Assembly: GCA_002633005.1 (NCBI GenBank)
Contig: NMRA01000423.1
Coordinates: 271,642-335,641 of the forward strand
DNA: 64,000 bases
Reading direction: 5' to 3'
Source of the DNA: Phoronis australis
Taxonomy: Eukaryota > Animalia > Phoronida
Positions within the stretch are counted from its first letter, which is position 1. Each line of letters starts with the position of its first letter. The notes under the pieces are model-generated. The model was given only the letters and a program-made list of their open reading frames with translations. It searched no databases and was not told where the DNA came from. The translations under genes were made by a program, and so were the position numbers. Shown one piece after another: positions 14,501-24,376 of this stretch.

Positions 14501-17004
14501 TTGAGAGCTGTCTGGAAACTATTTAAACTAGTGCAACTTGCCCCACTTGTGACAACTTATCGCTTGGTTTGGGAGCTGTCTGGACCCTATTTAAACTAGC
14601 GCAACTTGCCCTATTGTGACAATTTACTCTACCTTATAGAGGTAGGGTGACTTGTTCCAGGGTAACTTGTGCCACTTCCAATCGCTGCATGGCCACAAAC
14701 TTAGGGCAAGGCAGAAGTAATCATCTGGTGCGCTTACATACAGACAGGCTTTCTTTTGCGTGCTGTGACAACTGCCTTGCGCTAGTTATTGGATGTATGT
14801 GACGGTGTGCATGCGTGGACGCTCCACGTAAAGTGAGGAAAGCTGCACTAGTACGAGGTAAGTCTGTGTGCGAACAGGACTTGAGATTCCAAATTACCCT
14901 AATCACCTGTAGACAGCTCATTACCATAACCTTTGTGTTTTCAATGTAATAAACCCAATCTGGTTTACCTGTACTTACTTCCCCAAGAAGTAATTAAAGG
15001 CACAATTACTGTCTAACAAAGATTTACACGCTCAGTTAACGTGGGCATGTCTTTATGAATAGACTTGACGTGCTGCTTAGGTGGGATGTACATTGCTGTC
15101 CTCATTGATGTCCTTGGCGACAAAATCACCTCGCCTAGCCTAGTCTTGGTATAGCAAGATCTATAAACACTATCACCATGTCATGATGTTAATGAATAAT
15201 ATGGGGGTCTTTTATGAGAGATTCTATAGCCTCCTACTCAAAACTTTCCAATACCTTGTGGTTTGGTGACTCCAAGGAAGCCAGCTTTACCCAGAGTTCC
15301 ACAGACCTCATGTGCAGGAAACTCTCCTTTCTCCTCCCACTCGTCAACATAGGGATTAATCTCCAAGTCAATTATCTACAAGAATGCAGCATTCGACATG
15401 AACATCTAAGGCTGTTAATTCAACGACATAGCCTTTGGGTAGAATGTGACCGGGTTCATTTAGCGTTAAGGCACTGAAAAGCTATGTGGTGATTTATGAA
15501 ATATTCATCGAATTGAACTGAAAATCTACATAACCCAAATCCAGACAGGTGTGTTGGTGAAGGTAAACTTTACCCAATGTAGAGTTTATGTCTGTGGTAT
15601 CACGTGCACTCATGCATCGACAGGTATGTATGGTATGTCCTACTTCATTATTGCTCCAGAAAATAAATCTGGAATATTCCAGCACTCTTGATCTAATTTA
15701 TATTAAAGGCCTGTCTGTGTCTGGAAGAAGACAGTCAGGATTCGAATTAATTACTAGGTTTTGTTAATTTTGCGCTGTAGGCTTTGTAACCAGTGAAAAG
15801 CAAAAGCATTTTAAGCTTCTTTTAACTTCTTAGTTTTGCTTTCAGTAGGCTTAAGTTCTAAGCAAAATTACATATTACTAAAATGAGGTTAACATAACCC
15901 TGATGTTGCAGAAGTGCTTCTGGTGAATGATATATAACCTTCTGCTAGCCACTTGCTATAAAGGGAAATTGCCTATCAGCTGAATTAGCATGGTTTTATC
16001 GGGGTCGATGGTTCGATTCCCAGGTTGAGAAATCTCAGCTATTACTACAAATGGCATGGTTGGCAAACAGATGATATACAGAGGAAGCACTGCCGACTAG
16101 TACTCGCGGACCTCGGACAGCATGCATGGTATAGTGATATAAATGTTCCAGGAGTCGAGGACCTGTATGAGCGACAATCTTGGTGTTCACATTCCTGGTG
16201 AAGTGTCTGTAAATGTGCTTCCATTGAATCATATATAAACCTCTCATTTTAGCCACTCGCTAACGGGCAATTGCCAATTAGCTGAATGGTGAACATGCTC
16301 GCCGGTTTTATTGGGGTCGCTGGTTTGATTCCCGTGCGGGTTGGGAAATCTCGGCTACTTACAACACAGACAACCTTCGGAGCACCACATGCCTTAGGCA
16401 ACACAATGCCCCTCGGCTGGATAGCTGCATATAGGTACACCTGCAGCATCCCGCACACAGACAGGCAATGTTAATTCATTGCCTTTTATGACTCACGCCT
16501 TATTAACTTACGAAGGGAATTAAAATTGAACGGGGACACTAGACTGCTTAAACTTTGTCAAACTCTGCACCTCCACTGTATCCGGCATCACAGGCGGTAC
16601 AACAACCATTATTATATTTTTGTTGATAATCTTGCCATAGTTTAGTTATGGATTTAACATCGCTGACATAGGCCTACTGTACAAGGATCAGCAACACATC
16701 AGCAATCCTTGTTTAAATTATTAGTTCACGAATTTCAGTAACTGGACGAGTCTTAATAATTAAAAGAATAGTACTAGTTCAGACAACCACTAACCTTTTT
16801 AAGGGACCGCTGTAATTCCAAATGCTCATGGGTGTAGATCGTCTCTCCATGAGGAAGGCTTTGAGGTGACTGCTGATCCTGAATTTCATGTTCTACTGTT
16901 CCACCAACAGGTGCCAACCGTGATCGTAGCGTGCTGAAAAATTTGTTAAGCTCCCCATTCAGTCTGTACCATGGGCGCAGCGCTACTGGCTTCAAAAGAG
17001 CCAT
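8502..17004 (-). CDS. Mitochondrial acyl-CoA dehydrogenase (LCAD-type; AtuD-like / 'acyl-CoA dehydrogenase 6'-like), complete, 437 aa; complement join(16795..17004,15255..15375,13399..13528,12754..12860,11851..12018,10666..10839,9827..9988,9182..9332,8502..8592)
   Basis: Nine exons total 1314 nt with all GT-AG phases compatible. ATG lies in gccATGg context and the N-terminus is basic and nearly free of acidic residues. ACAD motifs: CLGVSEVGGGSDVA, INGGKMWITN, KMGMRSSDTAQLYFENVRVP, RKIFGQ, QFWGGMGF, RLYRDLRLVSIGGGADEVM. Confidence 0.95.
9182..9332 (-). CDS. ACAD coding exon 8
   Basis: ALYVQGEDVTKLASMCKLKVGRLSREVTDSCLQFWGGMGFTNEVLVSRLYR; ttccag/gtgagt. Confidence 0.95.
9827..9988 (-). CDS. ACAD coding exon 7
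   Basis: GLQPLTNLIQQTAEYCRERKIFGQSILDYQTVHFRLAELETEVELLRSLLYRTV; ttgcag/gtaagg. Confidence 0.95.
10666..10839 (-). CDS. ACAD coding exon 6
   Basis: GITFAKKIDKMGMRSSDTAQLYFENVRVPASHIVGQEGMGFTYQMLQFQEERMLACAL; tttcag/gtgagc. Confidence 0.95.
11851..12018 (-). CDS. ACAD coding exon 5
   Basis: VKTTAVRDGDDLVINGGKMWITNAFQADWMCMLANTSKGPPHKNKSLICVPMDLP; ctacag/gtgaga. Confidence 0.95.
12754..12860 (-). CDS. ACAD coding exon 4
   Basis: FGSDQLKKEFLEPTIRGQYVSCLGVSEVGGGSDVA; atccag/gtgagt. Confidence 0.95.
13399..13528 (-). CDS. ACAD coding exon 3
   Basis: EYGGLGLDYTYGIAVAETLGHINCGAIPMAVGVQTDMATPALAK; tttcag/gtatgt. Confidence 0.95.
13680..14343 (-). mobile_element. Degenerate THAP-domain DNA transposon relic (ISL2EU/Harbinger-like?) in ACAD intron 2
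   Basis: Minus strand 14251-14155 reads GKRAFCSVINCTNS...LF(frameshift)KFPKDPE followed by a gtaagg donor; one terminus-like sequence AT|AGGAAAGTTCCCC at 14343. Confidence 0.4.
14490..14622. repeat. ~67 bp tandem duplication
   Basis: gagctgtctgga..ctatttaaactag.gcaacttgccc..ttgtgacaa present twice. Confidence 0.8.
15255..15375 (-). CDS. ACAD coding exon 2
   Basis: IIDLEINPYVDEWEEKGEFPAHEVCGTLGKAGFLGVTKPQ; ttgtag/gtattg. Confidence 0.93.
15901..16363 (+). mobile_element. Terminal-repeat retrotransposon in miniature (TRIM) with tRNA-like LTRs
   Basis: Two diverged direct repeats (~15901-16049 and ~16199-16363) starting TG and ending CA, with Pol III A-box-like (TAGCTGAATGG in copy 2) and B-box-like (GGTTCGATTCC / GGTTTGATTCC) motifs; PBS-like TGGCATGGTTGGCA two bases after LTR1. 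Confidence 0.65.
16795..17004 (-). CDS. ACAD first coding exon (targeting peptide)
   Basis: MALLKPVALRPWYRLNGELNKFFSTLRSRLAP...IYTHEHLELQRSLKK; donor gttagt. Confidence 0.85.
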
Positions 17005-17366
17005 GGCATGAAAGGCTACAATTACCAAACCAATCTAAGCAGCTACAGTAGTCCTAAGTGACTAGTTTTTACTTGCGCCGAAGACTTTTTTCTTGATCTC
17101 AGTTCGTAAATTATTCGCGAGGAGGCGCTACAAGTCACACAAAGCAGTGTGGGTAATATTTTGGAGTTCAATGATACAGTCGTATACTCGGGAACGCAAT
17201 GGTCCGCTTAAGCATAAAACCGGCTTGTTGTCGTACTCACCCAATTATTCCACTTCAAAGTTAGGCTCTGAATAGGATTTGATTTAGCTCTCACAAATAT
17301 ATAGTAATCGTTGATTCAAACGTTTTCTTTTACTTATGCCGAGTTGTTCAACTGTGCATTGCTTTT

Positions 17367-17525
17367 CGGCAGCCATTTTATTATGACTCCTATGGTCGTC
17401 ATATACTGCCGGTGTCGCGTGAAATTTCTTCCCACTCTGACCCTTTTGCGCATGCGCGGTATTGAGGGGAAGTTATTTCACGTCTAAGGCATGAAATTTC
17501 TTCCCCCGTGAAATTTCTTCCCAAA
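17367..17525. promoter_or_regulatory. Candidate ACAD promoter with NRF1-type and YY1-type sites
   Basis: TGCGCATGCGCG at 17447-17458; AAAATGGCTGCCG on the minus strand at 17367-17379; CpG-richer than the gene body; a minus-strand donor GG|gtgagt at 17240 suggests a non-coding first exon. Confidence 0.5.
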
Positions 17526-17926
17526 TGAAGACGGCAAAGCACAGCTGTAAAATAAGCCTAAAAATATAAATTCACTACGTGAGTGTGTGATAATGTAACA
17601 ATTTTAGTCAATTGCCATTGTTACTGTTAGACATTGGTAAATGAATTATAATTAGATTTAATTCAATTCAGTCGCCGGTCAGTAGGCCTATGGCCTATAC
17701 TTTGCGGGTTGTGATCATGCTTTTGTTTGTTTTATTGTACTAGTCTGTAAACTGTATTATGAGCTAATATTACTTATATTAATAAACCTGTCACCCTCTG
17801 TCTCGCTCTCTCTGTCTCTTTCTCTCTACTTGCGGGGAGGAATCCCGTTAGCTCATTAGGTAGGATCGTGCCCCTGCTGCCGTGGAGTGCATCCGGACAC
17901 ATTCAAACCAAAATCGCTTGCAAAAT

Positions 17927-18757
17927 CAGTGGCGGATCTAGGATATCACAAGGGGGGGGGNNNNNNNNNNNNNNNNNNNNNNNNNNNNNNNNNNNNNNNN
18001 NNNNNNNNNNNNNNNNNNNNNNNNNNNNNNNNNNNNNNNNNNNNNNNNNNNNNNNNNNNNNNNNNNNNNNNNNNNNNNNNNNNNNNNNNNNNNNNNNNNN
18101 NNNNNNNNNNNNNNNNNNNNNNNNNNNNNNNNNNNNNNNNNNNNNNNNNNNNNNNNNNNNNNNNNNNNNNNNNNNNNNNNNNNNNNNNNNNNNNNNNNNN
18201 NNNNNNNNNNNNNNNNNNNNNNNNNNNNNNNNNNNNNNNNNNNNNNNNNNNNNNNNNNNNNNNNNNNNNNNNNNNNNNNNNNNNNNNNNNNNNNNNNNNN
18301 NNNNNNNNNNNNNNNNNNNNNNNNNNNNNNNNNNNNNNNNNNNNNNNNNNNNNNNNNNNNNNNNNNNNNNNNNNNNNNNNNNNNNNNNNNNNNNNNNNNN
18401 NNNNNNNNNNNNNNNNNNNNNNNNNNNNNNNNNNNNNNNNNNNNNNNNNNNNNNNNNNNNNNNNNNNNNNNNNNNNNNNNNNNNNNNNNNNNNNNNNNNN
18501 NNNNNNNNNNNNNNNNNNNNNNNNNNNNNNNNNNNNNNNNNNNNNNNNNNNNNNNNNNNNNNNNNNNNNNNNNNNNNNNNNNNNNNNNNNNNNNNNNNNN
18601 NNNNNNNNNNNNNNNNNNNNNNNNNNNNNNNNNNNNNNNNNNNNNNNNNNNNNNNNNNNNNNNNNNNNNNNNNNNNNNNNNNNNNNNNNNNNNNNNNNNN
18701 NNNCGGCAGCCAAGGGGGGGCCCGGGCCCCCTGGGCCCCCCCCTAAATCCGCCTATG
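17927..18757. mobile_element. MITE with CAGTGGCGGATCTAGG terminus and 5-bp TSD AAAAT; interior lost in gap
   Basis: AAAAT|CAGTGGCGGATCTAGG ... CCTAAATCCGCCTATG|AAAAT. Confidence 0.75.
17961..18703. other. Assembly gap
   Basis: Run of N. Confidence 1.
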
Positions 18758-19408
18758 AAAATCTACAATTTTTGGAGCACATCTGCGAAAGTTAGTACAG
18801 TACATATTCATCATGTCTAATGAAAGCCTTGAAGACAAAAACACATGCTCTTTAACTTGGTTAACTGTTAGAAGCAAAAGGCTAACATGACTAGAGGCCA
18901 ATAATGAATGTACAAAAATGTTTACGAATTCTAGCTGTGGCTCCATTTATGCTAGGTTTTTGGCTTTCATTATTTTATCAAGTTATAGAACACCTGTTTT
19001 CTTGTAAAATATTTACTGACTTCTCAATAAATGAACACTTGTCTGAGCATGTTTCACTGCTAACCAATAAACTTATAGGTCATAAAAATTTTTGATTGGG
19101 ATTCTTTGGCGAAGCAAGTTAACCTCCACACAGAAAATTGAGGGGGTAATAATTCTTCAACTTCAATTATGTCACACAACATTTCTAGGTAAGGTCCATT
19201 TGGTTTATGGGCCTACAAAGAATTATGGGCTATAGAAAAATCAGTCATTTTTACAATGCACTGAGATAATTCCTTGAAGGACATGTTTAAACTGGATTGG
19301 TAACCCGAAAATAAGTGGGAAACATTAAATATTAAGCCAAAATCGATGGAATATCACTAATTTAGGGGTTTGTATTAGTGCAGTGTTTAAATATACACTC
19401 ACACACAN

Positions 19409-19560
19409 TAGGATATCACTAGGGGGGGCCCAACATTTTGTCCGGCTGTAAGCATTTGCGCAAACTGAACCACGATTGTAGATGCGCATAGCACCGAATG
19501 GGGGGAGGTCGGGAGGAGAGCTCCCGCTCAGGAAATTTTTCTGTTTTTACCTCTAAAAAT
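19409..19560. mobile_element. Further copy (left part) of the CAGTGGCGG..TAGGATATCAC MITE family, starting at a contig-junction N
   Basis: taggatatcactagggggggcccaacattttgtc matches the ends at 17939 and 58937. Confidence 0.6.
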
Positions 19561-19650
19561 CAAGCATTTTCCTTGATTCCTGAAGTATTATCCTAGAAAA
19601 AAGGAAAAAAAAACACGGAGAACGTGTCAAGCAGGAAAAAACTGAACGTA

Positions 19651-19718
19651 CCAAAGACTCGAACCCACGACCTGGCAGTTAGAAAGCGCGTGCGTTACCA
19701 CTACACCACCACGACTGC
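19651..19718 (-). repeat. tRNA-derived sequence (SINE head or tRNA pseudogene)
   Basis: Minus strand has A box TGGTGTAGTGG and B box GGTTCGAGTC at tRNA spacing; acceptor and anticodon stems do not pair. Confidence 0.6.
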
Positions 19719-20230
19719 ACTACTAATCTCATACTAAAAGACCTACTTGTTTATGGTCCACAGCGTTTGCGCGCGAAACCTACTTCTTTTCGTAATGCTT
19801 ATTACACGTTTTATATTTTGTGCCATCAATTCTTAACAAATTTGTCGTACTTAAAATAGTCTTCAAATGCCCAAAAGACCAAATCCGTTTTTCGTGTTGG
19901 CAATATGACGGGATTGCTTTGGAAATCGTCTTTTAAGACGATTAAAAGATAAGGTTTGACAAAGAGAGTATTGCGATTTTCTGAGTGATTCACTAAGGCT
20001 TCGATTAAAATTCACATCTTACCAGCAGCTTCTATTTTTTCATCGTCACTCAGGTTCCATTCTCTTTAAAGAAACGAAGTAAATTTTCTTCATTGCACAG
20101 TGGAGCGGACGACGAAAACAGAGTCGTAGTGCGAAGCGCCACTGCCGGTCGCCTGGGATATCGCGGGAGAGCCTATACTTAGCCATAGTTCCGTTACGAA
20201 TGCGCCGTGTTCCGAATTTGACACTTGAAA

Positions 20231-21149
20231 NNNNNNNNNNNNNNNNNNNNNNNNNNNNNNNNNNNNNNNNNNNNNNNNNNNNNNNNNNNNNNNNNNNNNN
20301 NNNNNNNNNNNNNNNNNNNNNNNNNNNNNNNNNNNNNNNNNNNNNNNNNNNNNNNNNNNNNNNNNNNNNNNNNNNNNNNNNNNNNNNNNNNNNNNNNNNN
20401 NNNNNNNNNNNNNNNNNNNNNNNNNNNNNNNNNNNNNNNNNNNNNNNNNNNNNNNNNNNNNNNNNNNNNNNNNNNNNNNNNNNNNNNNNNNNNNNNNNNN
20501 NNNNNNNNNNNNNNNNNNNNNNNNNNNNNNNNNNNNNNNNNNNNNNNNNNNNNNNNNNNNNNNNNNNNNNNNNNNNNNNNNNNNNNNNNNNNNNNNNNNN
20601 NNNNNNNNNNNNNNNNNNNNNNNNNNNNNNNNNNNNNNNNNNNNNNNNNNNNNNNNNNNNNNNNNNNNNNNNNNNNNNNNNNNNNNNNNNNNNNNNNNNN
20701 NNNNNNNNNNNNNNNNNNNNNNNNNNNNNNNNNNNNNNNNNNNNNNNNNNNNNNNNNNNNNNNNNNNNNNNNNNNNNNNNNNNNNNNNNNNNNNNNNNNN
20801 NNNNNNNNNNNNNNNNNNNNNNNNNNNNNNNNNNNNNNNNNNNNNNNNNNNNNNNNNNNNNNNNNNNNNNNNNNNNNNNNNNNNNNNNNNNNNNNNNNNN
20901 NNNNNNNNNNNNNNNNNNNNNNNNNNNNNNNNNNNNNNNNNNNNNNNNNNNNNNNNNNNNNNNNNNNNNNNNNNNNNNNNNNNNNNNNNNNNNNNNNNNN
21001 NNNNNNNNNNNNNNNNNNNNNNNNNNNNNNNNNNNNNNNNNNNNNNNNNNNNNNNNNNNNNNNNNNNNNNNNNNNNNNNNNNNNNNNNNNNNNNNNNNNN
21101 NNNNNNNNNNNNNNNNNNNNNNNNNNNNNNNNNNNNNNNNNNNNNNNNN
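20231..21149. other. Assembly gap
   Basis: Run of N. Confidence 1.
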
Positions 21150-22306
21150 TGTCTATTATTCTATGCTCGAGTACACAATAACTTACGTAGATAATTTATT
21201 GCCCTTAGTTCACAGTTTGTAAACCCAATAGTAAAGCAATAAGTTTGAGTTTGAACTCGAAATTTCGAGTTTTTACTGGAGTTTGTAGCACGAATATAAG
21301 GGTCATCAAGGGCAAACTTGAACTAGAAACTCCTATGCATAAACTATAATGTATTCGAGCACAGTCTCATAACCAATTACCTTAAGTTCGCACAAAAGGA
21401 GCAGAGAAATTGCCAAATATAGTTTCGAGTTCGTTTCGAGTATAAAGATTAGAGACCGGGTCCAGGTTCCAAAACATGACACGCCCAGTCCTCTTGCTCA
21501 TTGAGTGTCTACTGTTTGTTCATGATTTTTTAGATTTTACTGGTGACCGTTTGTGTGACAGAATCCTTGATAGACTGTGACCCTTTGACACATAGGAGGC
21601 GCACCCCAAAAACTTGAGCAATTGTAAATGTTCAAGTAAACAGTCCCCGACGCTTTGTTGCATTGATCCTGGGTGTCAGACACACAAAGTACTGTGAATA
21701 TGTTTGTCGTCAAATAATTGAATTTGACTCATGGTCCCGAAAGACAGGGGCCTCTACTTTTCAAAAAAACTGTTTGCATCTGATGTTCCTAAAAAACAAA
21801 ACTTCAAAGTAGAAACCTTCAACATGTTGGCGAGACACGAGCTTTGTCACCTCTTCCTATTTTTCACCAATTTATCCTGGATTTTCATGGCAGACAACTT
21901 GTCTTTCTTGAAAATGATGCATCACTGGATTGCTGTTAAGTTACCTGAGTGTCGTCACGTCACCTGGTAAAGTTTGTAGTTGCACCAAACCAAGTTCTCT
22001 TAAACTACTGATTTGAGTCAAATTCTTGATGCCAAAAATTAGCATCACGCTGTAATTGTTTGATGCATTATGTTGCGTGCTGGGAATGGCTGGGGTTATA
22101 ATTTTATAATTTTGGCTTCAACTCAGAGTTTTTTAATAATAATTTGATTTTGTCGTGAATGGTTTACTAATTAGTTTTATTATTTTATTTTCTTGTTTTA
22201 TTTCAAATTTGAAAGTCCATAAGTCTTGTCCTTGCATTACCATTATGTAATGTGTCCTTGAGTCCATTTCATATCCCTAAACATTACTCTCTCTAATGAA
22301 GCCTGT

Positions 22307-22557
22307 GTGTGATGCTACACGTGTGATGCTACACGTGTGATGCTACACGTGTGATGCTACATGCGTGATGCTACATGGGTGATGCTACATGTGTGATGCT
22401 TCACGTGTGATGCTACACGTGTGATGCTACATGTGTGATGCTTCACGTGTGATGCTACACGTGTGATGCTTCACGTGTGATGCCACACGTGTGATGCTAC
22501 ACGTGTGATGCTACATGTGTGATGCTACACGTGTGATGCTACTCGTTTGATGCTACT
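22307..22557. repeat. 14-bp minisatellite, ~18 units
   Basis: (gtgtgatgctacac)n. Confidence 0.95.
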
Positions 22558-23064
22558 CTTGCTGACCTGCCTGCCTCCAACCTCTTTGCCGCTGATCTTA
22601 TGCTTTTGGTATTTTCATGCTCCTACTGCGATTGGAGATGAAATTCAAAGCAAACTGCCAAAAGGCGTTTGTGTTGGGGACAGTAATGCATAAACAACTT
22701 GTGATTACTGTCTGGTTTGTTGTGTATTTGTCTGCATAACTATTGCTGTGTTACTAGCGGGGGGCTGGCTGGTCTACATAACTAGTGCTTTGTCACTAGC
22801 GGGGGGCTGGCTGGTCTGCATTCGCTGTAATCGAATGAAATCATTAATGTAACATGTCATGTTTCAAAATGATGGGTTAATGCATTTGAAATTGATAACT
22901 GTTATCAACTTATATCCCAGCATGGGGTCTGATGAAGACAACACAGTCGGTAGATCTTCACACTGACTTCAATGTGAAGACAACACAATCAGTAGATCTT
23001 CAAATTGACTTCAATGCTTCCAACAATTCTGTGGTATTTCCTTGCGCAATTTACAATAGCATTG

Positions 23065-23989
23065 TTTTGCGCCCGCATATTTATATGTGGGTACAATTTG
23101 CCGTCAACTCTCTCGGAGCACCCGTCATACAGAATTCGCATATGTATGTCCTAAACCTAAACACAAGGTTTTGAAGGTGACGTTGGATGACCACGAATTT
23201 CAGACGGATCCAACTGCTGGTGTGCCCCCTAGTCTTGGAACAATTTTAGTTCTTTTATGTTTTCCTTGGTATCTTCAAATATGTTCAATAGATTTTCATG
23301 AAAATTGGCACATAGGCACTTATGTGGGAGATTACGTTATCCTTTAGTTTTCGGAAGGATTTAAGGTATTTTGTGCCACCTAGTGGTCATTTTTACCGTT
23401 TTCTAGTCTGTTTTTTGTGGCGTCTTCCCCTCTATCTGTAGAAGCACTCTAACAATTGGCCTTTATGTCTTAGGGTGAAGATTGCAGTTGACGAAGATTT
23501 TCCCACGAGTTCAAGTACTGTAGCTACTCCTGGTGGTAGTTGTTGTTTTTGCAAACATAGCTGTATCTCTTTATAATACTCACTTCAGAATCTTTATTTA
23601 AGTTAGCAAGTTTATTTTTATAGAGTATACATGTACAGCAGGGGACGACATTTTTTCCACATCAAAAACTGTATCTCGTAAACCCCTTGCAAGATGTTTT
23701 TGAAATTTTGCTGTTTTATAAATACTAACTTGTCAGCAGATGAAGGGATTCAACTACTGCTTTTATTCCTAATGGCAGTTTTTTACGTTTGCTATTGCAT
23801 CTTTTGAGTTTTTTGAAGGAGTTTTGGCAAAAAAAATTTGAGAGACTACGACTCGTACATATTTCTGGATTTGTTCGATGTATTTTGTGCCATCTAGTAG
23901 CCATACTTATGATACAAATAAACACCCCTAGAAGCACACTGTTTGCGGTGCATTTGTCGGCGCATTTCAATGCTCCGCATTGCGCTTGT
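23065..23989 (+). mobile_element. Helentron-type non-autonomous element (HINE/DINE-1-like), copy 1
   Basis: 5' T-run plus stem-loop gcccgcatat-tt-atatgtggg; internal ~145-bp repeats; 3' subterminal IR gtcggcgcat followed by perfect hairpin CAATGC-TCC-GCATTG. Confidence 0.7.
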
Positions 23990-24376
23990 ACTAAAAGATA
24001 AACCACAATTTTCATGTTTGTGAAGTACATTGTTTACATAAAATTGCATTAAATGGACTCGGTGAATTTAGATGACCAAACAGTGATCACTTGATGGTTG
24101 AATTGTTGATTCTGTGCCATGTTTCGTGTTTGGTGTTTCGCTTGCTTTGGTTGCATTGCATCGTGTTGAGTTGTCATCGTAGAGACCTTGGGTTACCGTG
24201 AGAATGGACGGAATTCACATAATCTGACAAGCAGAAATTTCATATTTTAGTAAAAGGTTTAGTATTTTAATTATTGAGTAACAAAAATTTAAGAATATGT
24301 ATTGACCAATCAGACAATTCTGGCCACAAATTGATCAACAATCAATTCACAGCATGCCTGTTTTGATAGTTCTTCA

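Noticed and set aside
8502-17004. Bacterial contamination or recent horizontal transfer of atuD
   Set aside because: Eight spliceosomal introns, a mitochondrial-type presequence and animal flanking genes.
19651-19718. Functional tRNA gene
   Set aside because: A and B boxes are present but the acceptor, anticodon and T stems do not pair properly.
17868-21222. Long ORFs of 255-340 aa in the ORF track (also 59016-59858)
   Set aside because: Artefacts of translating N runs.
22921-22949. FNBP1L micro-exon (MGSDEDNTV) after a cccag acceptor
   Set aside because: Its end phase does not match the 26405 exon and it overlaps a 42-bp tandem duplication; unsupported without RNA data.
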